Translations under genes and position numbers: made by a program
In this document: piece by piece, positions 45,374 through 52,698 of the stretch
How the letters are laid out: every line of letters starts with the position of its first letter
How positions within the stretch are numbered: position 1 is the first letter of the stretch
Virus record (IMG/VR): IMGVR_UViG_3300048800_000113
Location: 1 to 52,698 of that record
Reading direction: 5' to 3' (one strand)
DNA length: 52,698 nt
From: a virus
Lineage: Duplodnaviria; Caudoviricetes
The notes under the pieces: model-generated
What the model saw: only the letters and a program-made list of their open reading frames with translations
Database searches by the model: none
What the model was told of the DNA's origin: nothing

Positions 45374-48300
45374 TCATACCTTCCTTGCGCTGGATCCGAC
45401 GGTCGACATCGCGCCCTGACCGAGGTACTGCGTCAGGATGGCCTTGACAGCCGGTATGTCGGTGCCATTGATGGTGATCTGCACGTTCGTGGTCAGTCCA
45501 CCGGCGCCGATGGCACGTGCCTCGTACGCCGTGGGCACCTTGATCGCACCCAGGTTGAACTGACCCTGCATCTGGTTGGCCAGCCCCTGGAGCGCCTGGT
45601 CGACCTGGTTGAGCTCGTCGACCTGCTGGCGGGTCTTGTTCTGCACGCTGCTGAGGTAGTTGTGCTGGCTGTTGAGGTAGGACAGATACGCCGAGAGGGA
45701 CTCGCGTTGCAGGTTGTAGTTGGTCTGCTGGTCGGAGAACTGCTGGTCAAAGGCACTCTTCTCCGCAGCGCTCTGGGCCTGCTTGAGCGCGAGCTTGTCC
45801 TTGTTGATCACGTCGGGCAGGGCCCCACGACGCTGGTCCATGGTCAGCTGGTCCGCAGCCTCACGAACCTTCTCTCGAGCCACGACCAGCGGGTTGGTCA
45901 GATCCTCCCCGAGCTGGCGAGCGTCGTTGGCCGCAGCCTGCACGGCCATCGAGTAGGCGTACTGCGCATCGTGCAGCGCTTTGAGCGCCGTCCAGTACTC
46001 CACCTGGTTCTTGGGCTCGCTCATCTTGTACTGAGCCACCCGAAGGTTCGTGATGGCCGCGCTCATCGGGTCGCCAGGGATCGCCTGAGCGGCCAGTCGT
46101 GCCTCCTCGATCTGCGCCGCCGTAGGGCCGGTCGCCGCCTTGTCCTTGGGCCAGGTGAAATCGCTGCCGCCAGGGACCGCAAGTGCGGCCGCCTTTGCCA
46201 TGCTGTTGGCGATCGCTACGTCCTTGGCGATCGCGTCCTGCTTGGCCTTCTCCGCAGGCGTGACGTTGGTGATGCTGCGGTTGGCGATGATCGCCTGCTG
46301 ACGCGGGTCGCTGCTCGCGTCGATGGCAGCATTGGCAGCCGCTCCTGCAGCCGCCTCCAGAGCAGCGAGCTGGTCCTGAAGGATCTTCCGCTCTGCCGCG
46401 ATGCCACGGTTGAAGGTGGTGATGAAGGCCTTGTCCACGCCCGCTAGCAGGCCAACAACCGAGTCGATGTCACCGGTCGAGGCGAACTCGCGCAGCGCCG
46501 CCGACACGGTGTTGCGGATCTGGCCCTGCGAAGCAGCGTTGTCAGACTGCATTGCGTGGATCGAGTCGACCTTGGACTTGACGTTGCCCAGCACGGCCTG
46601 GTGGTAGGCCTTGAGCGCCGTGTCATACATCGCATCGGCCGCGTCCTGCTGGTCCGTACCAGCAGCACGCCTGGAGGCCTCGGCGGTCAGGGAGGAGATC
46701 GCGCCGAGATCAGCCTCCCTCTGGATCGGGTCGCCCGTGCGACCGATCTGGGTCGTCAGCCGCTTGAGCTCGTCGGCGCCACCCTTGGACCCGGGCTGCG
46801 GAGTGAAGAAGTCAGCCAGTGAGGTATCCGGGATGTGCGCCAGCTCGTCCCGCAGCATCGCAATCGACTTGGACACCGAGGCGTGCGTGGTCGCGAGGTT
46901 GTTGATGCCTCTGTTGACATCGGTGTAGTCCCCAGCGAAGCTCTGCTGAGCCGGGGTCAAGGAGACAGCCGAGACCCCAGGGGCAAGGCTGGTGGTCGGC
47001 GCGGTGGTGTGGGTCAGCGAGAAGTTCTTTAGATCCTCGTAGGTCTGCTGAGCCGGAGTCAGGGAGGCGCGGTAGTCAGCGTCAGAGTTCGCCTGAAGCT
47101 GTGCCTGAAGATCAGCGCTCTGCTTGTAGAGACCGCTCTCCGGTCCCGTAACAGGCCCACGAGGGTTCCGAAGCCTCCGCTCGCCACCCGTACCACTGTT
47201 GGCGCCGTAGAGGACGGTGCCGCCGATCCCCTCCTGAGCAGCCTGCAGCGCGTTGATCGCCGTATCTGCCTCGGCAGCAGCTGATGCCTTCTCGTCAGCG
47301 GTCTTGGCATTCGCGTGCGCGGTGAACGCGGCAGCGGTCTGCGTCGCCGCATCCTGGCTCTTGCCGTACGACCCCCAGACCTCACCGAGAAGCGCGATAC
47401 CGGCAACAGCAGCCACGAACGGAGCCAGCGCGAGAGCCGCGCCACCTGCCGCGCCGGCCAGCGCCCCTAGCCTGCCTATGAGACTGACCGAAGCCACGTC
47501 AGCAGCGCCAGCGGCAGCTCCCTGCGCTATCGCGTTCTCGCCAGCCGCAACAGTGTTGACCTCGATGGCAGCCGTGTCGACGCCGGTCGCACTAGCGTCC
47601 AGACCCAAAGCCGCGACCCGGGCCGCGGTCGCGTCAGCAGAAACAACCTCAGCCGCCCCGGCACCGATACCGCCAACCTTGTCCAGCATGTTCGTCATGC
47701 CCACGAGCCCGAAGCTGCCGCCGAAGATCCTGCCAGCTACCGAGGCCAGAGCCAGCACCTCAAGGAACTGCTTGACGTACCCCGGCAGGACGGCGAACCC
47801 ACTCACGAGCGCGTCGACGCCACGCAGCAGCGGGTCGACCAGACCTAGTGCATCACCGAAGACACTCCCCAGACCCGAGGTGCCCATGTCCTTGGACAGA
47901 GCCGACCAGTCGGCGACAATCTGCTCCAGCCTGCCAGCGAAGGTACCCAGTCGGGCCTGAGCCTGGTCGAATGCCACGCCTACGGAGTTGGCACCCTCAG
48001 CAGCAATCGAGGTCTGGGCTGGCAGGTCGGTGATCGCGGCCACCACGGCAGCACCGGCACGACCACCACCCAGAGTCGAGATGACCTTGGCCCGCTGAGT
48101 CTCTGAGAGATCCTGGAACTTGGCACCGAGCTGGACCAGCTCGTCACGCAGGCTCTGATTCTGATTGATCTGGAACTCAGCGAAGACGTCGTTGAAGGTG
48201 GCCGAGCCCTGACGACCTAGGAACCGCTTCAGGTCGCCAGCAGCCTGCTCGGAGGTGTTGCCGGTGTACTGCATGACCGAGCCGGTCAGCGCCAGCCCCT

Positions 48301-49894
48301 GCTCAGCGGTGAAGCCAGACTGCTTCAGAAGGTCGGCGATCTGCGCCGTACCACCCAGCAGCGACCCACCAAGCTGCTGCCCGTAGTGCTGAGCGATGAC
48401 GGTAGCTGCGTCGTAGAGCTTGCTGGCGCCCATCGCGTCGCGCTCGTAGTTCTGAGCGATGGCGCCGAGCTCGCCGAGGGTCTTGTCGTTGGCAATCGCT
48501 CGCGCTGCCGGGTCACCGAAGGCTCCGGTGGACTTGGCGCCCTCGAGCAGGTTGACGGTCGAGCCCAGTTGTGCGCCGACAGCGCCGGCCACCCCGGAGG
48601 TGTCTCGGAAGAACCGGGTGTACTTGGTCGCCGCATCAACCGCAATGGCTGGAGCAGTGGCGAGGTTCTGGCCGATCGTAGAGTAGGTCTCGGCCAGACC
48701 AACCGCCTGCTCGTGGTTCCCACCCAGGGCGATGGTGAGCTGGTTGACCGCCAGCGAGTACTCCTCGGTGGCGACCTTGACCTCACGCAGAAGCCGGGAG
48801 CCCTCCTGGAAGGCCATGAAGAAGCCGTAGTACTTCAGCATCGTCATGCCGCTCATGCCGCCGCCGAACATGCCGCCGCCGCCACCGGAGGCAGACACGG
48901 CCTGCTCCTCCATGGCAGCCGTCAGGCGCTCCTCTACCGCGAGCGTCCGGATGCGGGCCTGCGCGAGCGCAACCTCGGTGACAGTGCCTTCCTTGGCAGC
49001 CAGGAGAGTCTGCTCTTTGGCCACCGCGATCGAGGCGTCCAACTGCAACTGCTGGACCTTGGCCGGCGCCATCTGGTCGATCCCAGACAAGACCGGGGCA
49101 ACCATGGGAGCAGCGGCCGCCTTCTCGGCCGCCAGTGCCTGACTCTCCTCCGCCGCAACCACGCGACGATCAGCAGCGATGAGGTTCGAGATGCCAGACG
49201 ACAGCGCAGCGGTCCGCTGCTCGACGGTCGCGTACTCCTTGTCGATAGCCATCGTCAGCCTCGACTGAGCGGCGACCAGTTTCGCCTGGGCCTCCTCCAA
49301 CGGCGTACCCTCGCCAACGCCCGTTGTCGCGGAGATCTGCGCCTTTACTCCCGCGAGCCCCTCCGCGCCGGAAAGTCCACCAGAGACGGCCCCAATAGGC
49401 GTGACCACTCCCCCGGGGCCCATCTGCAAACCCAGAGCTGCCAACTGCCGATTACCTGCGCCGACTACCGGCGCAGCAGCCGCCATCCCCGACGCCTCAG
49501 CCTGGACCTTCGCCGTAGAAACGGCCGTTAGCTGAGCCTCCTGCTGGACGATCATCAGCTGCCTGAGCTTGTTGATCAGCAGGTCGGTGTCCTCGATGCC
49601 GCTACGCATCGCAGCGTGCGTGCCCTCGTTCTGTATGGGCTCGGCGCTGTATGCCCGACCCGCAGTCCTCAGGTCAGCCAGAGCAACCTTCAGCTGCTCC
49701 AGCACGCCCATGGTGGCGGTGGCGCCAGCCTCGACGCCGCCGAAGACCTGCTCGCCCAGCTGTACGCCGGGCATGTTGGCAAGCTCGGCCATCCTGGCCT
49801 GCAACGCCTGAATGATCTCGCCCAGTTGGGCGGCCGCACCTTCGTCCTGGACGCGGATTGAGATGAGCCCGTCAAACAGCGGGTCAACGGCCAC
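45374..49894 (-). CDS. Tape measure protein
   Basis: 1506 aa, Ala/Gly-rich helical with hydrophobic stretches; directly after the tail assembly chaperones. Confidence 0.9.
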   Translation of the reverse strand: MAVDPLFDGLISIRVQDEGAAAQLGEIIQALQARMAELANMPGVQLGEQVFGGVEAGATATMGVLEQLKVALADLRTAGRAYSAEPIQNEGTHAAMRSGIEDTDLLINKLRQLMIVQQEAQLTAVSTAKVQAEASGMAAAAPVVGAGNRQLAALGLQMGPGGVVTPIGAVSGGLSGAEGLAGVKAQISATTGVGEGTPLEEAQAKLVAAQSRLTMAIDKEYATVEQRTAALSSGISNLIAADRRVVAAEESQALAAEKAAAAPMVAPVLSGIDQMAPAKVQQLQLDASIAVAKEQTLLAAKEGTVTEVALAQARIRTLAVEERLTAAMEEQAVSASGGGGGMFGGGMSGMTMLKYYGFFMAFQEGSRLLREVKVATEEYSLAVNQLTIALGGNHEQAVGLAETYSTIGQNLATAPAIAVDAATKYTRFFRDTSGVAGAVGAQLGSTVNLLEGAKSTGAFGDPAARAIANDKTLGELGAIAQNYERDAMGASKLYDAATVIAQHYGQQLGGSLLGGTAQIADLLKQSGFTAEQGLALTGSVMQYTGNTSEQAAGDLKRFLGRQGSATFNDVFAEFQINQNQSLRDELVQLGAKFQDLSETQRAKVISTLGGGRAGAAVVAAITDLPAQTSIAAEGANSVGVAFDQAQARLGTFAGRLEQIVADWSALSKDMGTSGLGSVFGDALGLVDPLLRGVDALVSGFAVLPGYVKQFLEVLALASVAGRIFGGSFGLVGMTNMLDKVGGIGAGAAEVVSADATAARVAALGLDASATGVDTAAIEVNTVAAGENAIAQGAAAGAADVASVSLIGRLGALAGAAGGAALALAPFVAAVAGIALLGEVWGSYGKSQDAATQTAAAFTAHANAKTADEKASAAAEADTAINALQAAQEGIGGTVLYGANSGTGGERRLRNPRGPVTGPESGLYKQSADLQAQLQANSDADYRASLTPAQQTYEDLKNFSLTHTTAPTTSLAPGVSAVSLTPAQQSFAGDYTDVNRGINNLATTHASVSKSIAMLRDELAHIPDTSLADFFTPQPGSKGGADELKRLTTQIGRTGDPIQREADLGAISSLTAEASRRAAGTDQQDAADAMYDTALKAYHQAVLGNVKSKVDSIHAMQSDNAASQGQIRNTVSAALREFASTGDIDSVVGLLAGVDKAFITTFNRGIAAERKILQDQLAALEAAAGAAANAAIDASSDPRQQAIIANRSITNVTPAEKAKQDAIAKDVAIANSMAKAAALAVPGGSDFTWPKDKAATGPTAAQIEEARLAAQAIPGDPMSAAITNLRVAQYKMSEPKNQVEYWTALKALHDAQYAYSMAVQAAANDARQLGEDLTNPLVVAREKVREAADQLTMDQRRGALPDVINKDKLALKQAQSAAEKSAFDQQFSDQQTNYNLQRESLSAYLSYLNSQHNYLSSVQNKTRQQVDELNQVDQALQGLANQMQGQFNLGAIKVPTAYEARAIGAGGLTTNVQITINGTDIPAVKAILTQYLGQGAMSTVGSSARKV

Positions 49895-49909
49895 CGGACT
49901 ACCTCTTCT

Positions 49910-50233
49910 CTACAGCCCTAGCTGCTGGATCAGTTCGTTCTCTTCCATGTCCGGGATGGTTTCCATTGCCACTCCCGGGTTCTGCCGTCTCGTCTTCACG
50001 TCCTCGAACCACTTCATTAGCGAGTCGTCGTCGCCCCACATCTCCTGTGGCGGGATCTCGTCCTCGTTCGGCATCTCGAAGTAGCCCAAGACCATCAAGG
50101 CCTCGTTGACGGCTAGGACGAGATCGTGGCCGGCTCGGCGGATGTCACCTCCGGGCCAGATTCCTTGGATTCCTCCGGCTTGCTTGAAGGCCCGTGCGAC
50201 TCGGAGGAACTCGCCGGACCTGCCGAGAAACGC
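49910..50233 (-). CDS. C-terminal (-1 frame) part of the frameshifted tail assembly chaperone
   Basis: The -1 frame is open from ~50233: FLGRSGEFLRVARAFKQAGG..LVLAVNEALMVLGYFEMP..PPQEMW.DD..L.KWF. Confidence 0.65.
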   Translation of the reverse strand, partial: AFLGRSGEFLRVARAFKQAGGIQGIWPGGDIRRAGHDLVLAVNEALMVLGYFEMPNEDEIPPQEMWGDDDSLMKWFEDVKTRRQNPGVAMETIPDMEENELIQQLGL

Positions 50234-51012
50234 GCAACGTCCGGAGGCATGTTCAGCCGGTCATAGGCTGCCTTGACCTGCAGTAGCAGGGACTCCGGAA
50301 GTTGGTCCACCTCCTGCCGGTCGTCCAGCCAGCGGCGAGAGTGGTCACAAGCCGTAGGGGTTTGCGGCGTTCCTGTGTGCTGCCAACGCCCGTCCTCATC
50401 GCGGGTCGCCTCGCACATCCGCAGCGAGTAGAAGATCTGCGACTTGCTCTGCTCCCGCAAGAACGCCGCGATCCCCTGCTGGTCGCAGTAGGCGTCCAGA
50501 TGCATCGCCCGCAGCTTGTCCTCGGGCAGGGCGGTCAACTCACCGCGCATCTCGTTGCGCAGGAAGTCGGTGCGATGGGTCATCTCGGCCTGGTACTCGT
50601 CCAGCACCTTCCTGACCACCGCCACCTCGGGGTCGTCGTCCGCCTTGCCGGTCAGCTGGTCGGAGGACCACTCCAGCGTCTCCAGCTTGTCCGCCCACTC
50701 CTTCTCGGAGTGGAGCTCGCGGATGACTTTGACGGTGCGCTCGTTGTCCTTGGCCGCAACCAGCGAGTCGATGATCTGCTCCTTGGGCACGGTCCTGGAG
50801 GTGATCTTGAACAGGTCCGCCTCAGGAGTCCCTACCTCCGTGATGGCCAGCATGATCCGGGCCCGAGCGATCCTGCCCTCATGCGCCGCCTGCTCCGCCT
50901 CGAACGGGCTGAGCTTGTTCATCCACACCACGATCTCTGAGCCATCGCTGGCCTTCAGAGGCTCAACAGCACCTTCCTCGAACAGGTCCGTGAGCTTTGC
51001 CAACCGTCCCAT
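50113..51012 (-). CDS. Tail assembly chaperone
   Basis: Between major tail and tape measure genes; AAAGGAG RBS; Ser-rich tail after the candidate slip site. Confidence 0.75.
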   Translation of the reverse strand: MGRLAKLTDLFEEGAVEPLKASDGSEIVVWMNKLSPFEAEQAAHEGRIARARIMLAITEVGTPEADLFKITSRTVPKEQIIDSLVAAKDNERTVKVIRELHSEKEWADKLETLEWSSDQLTGKADDDPEVAVVRKVLDEYQAEMTHRTDFLRNEMRGELTALPEDKLRAMHLDAYCDQQGIAAFLREQSKSQIFYSLRMCEATRDEDGRWQHTGTPQTPTACDHSRRWLDDRQEVDQLPESLLLQVKAAYDRLNMPPDVARFSAGPASSSESHGPSSKPEESKESGPEVTSAEPATISS

Positions 51013-51162
51013 GACATCTCCTTTGTCGAGCCCCTCACATCGAGCCGATGTGAGTACCGCCCGGACCCGGCCTGTGTGTCAAGAGGTCGGGGCCGAGCGG
51101 TCATCCAATTCCCAGTTGTGCGTCTTGCAGGTCTAACAACGTGCGTTTTTACATCTGGTTCC

Positions 51163-52686
51163 TCAGAAGTCCTGGACGACGAGCACGCCCGTGTCGCTCT
51201 GGAATGGAGCGGTCAGGTCGAGCTTGGCCTGCACCTTGGCCGAGAAGCCAGGGAGCTGGAATCTGGCGTCCGGAACATGCAGACGCTTGAGGGTCCGACC
51301 GTCGATCGGGTTCTTGAGCACGACCTGGACATCCAGAGGCGGGCTCGTCGAGGGCCCGGCGGACTGCAGGCGATCGGTGACCGCAGACAAGTCCTGCACC
51401 AGGGTGAGGAACTCGGCGTAGGTCTGAGGACGGAAGGCGAGGGAGCCACTGACCACAGGCACGTCATAGTCGATGTTGACGTAGTGGTAGTTGCCCAGCT
51501 CCTCGTCATTCTGGAGGGTGACCTTCCAGTCCACCGAGGCGTTCTGGATGCCACGGCGCTTGGTACCGAGCACGCTCGCCGCCGAGGCACCAGCGGCACC
51601 TGCCGGGCCGATGTAGACCTCGATGTCGCGACCGCGCAGGGCGGCCGGGCGCACGGTGGGCACGTACTGGGCCACCGGTGCGGCAACGGAGTGAGCGTTG
51701 ACCGTGGGAGTCACCAGGGTGATCGTCCAGGCCTGCCTCGTGATCGAGGTCGAGGTGCCGGCCGATGTCGTGGCGATCGCCGGGCCGCCAGGAGTGGCAG
51801 CCAGAGTCAGGGTGGTCCCGGTGGGGGCCGTCTTGACGTAGTACACGGTGCCCGCAACCAGCGGAGCGCCACCGGTCACCGCGCCCAACACGACAGGATC
51901 CCCGGGGGCCAGGGTCTCAGTCGCCGAGACCGTCAGGACACCCGTGGTGATCGCGATCGCGACCGTACCCAGACTGGCCGACGCTGCCACGCCCGCTGGG
52001 GCAACCTGCACAACCTCGGTCACTGCCGAGCCTGCGACGTCGTCCAAGATCAGCGAGTCTCCGACGCCCGGAGCAAAGGAGGTCGAGATCGTGGCCGCAG
52101 CAGCCGTGCAGAGCGCCATCAGGGTGCCGGAGACACCCGACACCAGCGCGTGGACGCTCTGGGGGAAGGTCTCCTCAGCCGAGGAGGCGTAGGTGATGTA
52201 GATCGTGTCCGTGGTGGCCACCGCGGCGAGGATGGTGATCGTGGTGACCGCAGCCTCGTTGGTGACCGAGCCGTAGGACTCGGTCCAGTCCGCACCGAAC
52301 TGCAACCGGGTGCGACCCGCGGTGATCGCCAGGATGCGACGCTGGACTCCGGCCTCGACGACCGCGTACGCCGGGTGCGCGGTGACGATGCTCTGGTTGG
52401 CCGTGTTCGTGCCGGCCGCGCCCTCCACGTAGGTGGAGCCCGGGTTGTAGTAGATCGTGTCGCCCTTGAGGGTGCAGGTCTGGTTGGCGTTCGTGCTGCC
52501 GACGCCGAACTTGTAGCTCACCGACTCCAGATACAGGCACGGGGTCGCGGCGGAGCCCACGGTGCCGAACTGATCGGACGTGCCCTGCCCCGGCTTGAAG
52601 GCGCTCTTGATGTTGAGCACCTTGGCCAGGGTGAAGTCGAACGTGTGCGTGGTCGCCACTGGCTTGTCCAGCAGAAGCGCCTCCAT
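51163..52686 (-). CDS. Major tail protein (probably 5'-truncated by the window edge) with inserted accessory domains
   Basis: Position upstream of the chaperones; frame open to the window end; T/A/G-rich beta protein. Confidence 0.7.
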   Translation of the reverse strand: MEALLLDKPVATTHTFDFTLAKVLNIKSAFKPGQGTSDQFGTVGSAATPCLYLESVSYKFGVGSTNANQTCTLKGDTIYYNPGSTYVEGAAGTNTANQSIVTAHPAYAVVEAGVQRRILAITAGRTRLQFGADWTESYGSVTNEAAVTTITILAAVATTDTIYITYASSAEETFPQSVHALVSGVSGTLMALCTAAAATISTSFAPGVGDSLILDDVAGSAVTEVVQVAPAGVAASASLGTVAIAITTGVLTVSATETLAPGDPVVLGAVTGGAPLVAGTVYYVKTAPTGTTLTLAATPGGPAIATTSAGTSTSITRQAWTITLVTPTVNAHSVAAPVAQYVPTVRPAALRGRDIEVYIGPAGAAGASAASVLGTKRRGIQNASVDWKVTLQNDEELGNYHYVNIDYDVPVVSGSLAFRPQTYAEFLTLVQDLSAVTDRLQSAGPSTSPPLDVQVVLKNPIDGRTLKRLHVPDARFQLPGFSAKVQAKLDLTAPFQSDTGVLVVQDF

Positions 52687-52698
52687 GGCGCAGGATGC

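Larger units (their letters stand above)
3330..51147. repeat. Dispersed interrupted palindrome AACG-NN-CGTT, at least 45 exact copies
   Basis: Exact 10-mers start at 3330, 4163, 5036, 6425, 7177, 9107, 9370, 10998, 11513, 13111, 13966, 14396, 14911, 16403, 18278, 19012, 20422, 22120, 22590, 24371, 25221, 25530, 26560, 26669, 27721, 28104, 28374, 28799, 29611, 29974, 31518, 31740, 34639, 34703, 36663, 38777, 39737, 40166, 42535, 43721, 44242, 44842, 49316, 49520, 51138. Confidence 0.95.

Noticed and set aside
3330-51147. Interpreting the palindrome as LexA/SOS boxes (CGAAC-N4-GTTCG)
   Set aside because: It shares AAC-N4-GTT, but the flanking CG/CG is rarely present, the inner G..C is invariant, and most copies are intragenic.

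Overview
This is a 52.7-kb segment of a high-GC tailed phage genome, most likely a siphovirus-type actinobacteriophage. No host housekeeping operons, integrase, capsid or terminase are visible. Layout: (i) 1-2.4 kb, a compositionally distinct block with a leftward, divergent sigma-factor-like gene and a short-repeat array. (ii) 2.45-21.7 kb, rightward early genes: many small ORFs, two tRNA/tRNA-like genes, Ku, ATP-dependent ligase, a MoxR AAA+/vWA pair, RuvB and HNH genes. (iii) 21.75-34.5 kb, leftward WhiG/FliA-like sigma, MazG-like, Acb2/Tad1-like, intein-containing primase-helicase, SSB-like, AAA_24 and Cas4-like genes. (iv) 34.6-52.7 kb, leftward lysis-type membrane genes, minor tail genes, tape measure, tail chaperones and major tail protein. 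Two observations stand out. (1) An intein in a minor tail protein has its endonuclease (Zn-finger repeats + DUF559/Vsr-like) encoded as a separate ORF in the +1 frame, wholly nested inside the still-open intein frame. (2) An interrupted palindrome, AACG-NN-CGTT (extended YRnn-AACG-nn-CGTT-nnYR), occurs at least 45 times, mostly inside coding sequences, against under one copy expected from base composition. All family assignments come from motif recognition by eye, not database searches, and counts are manual.
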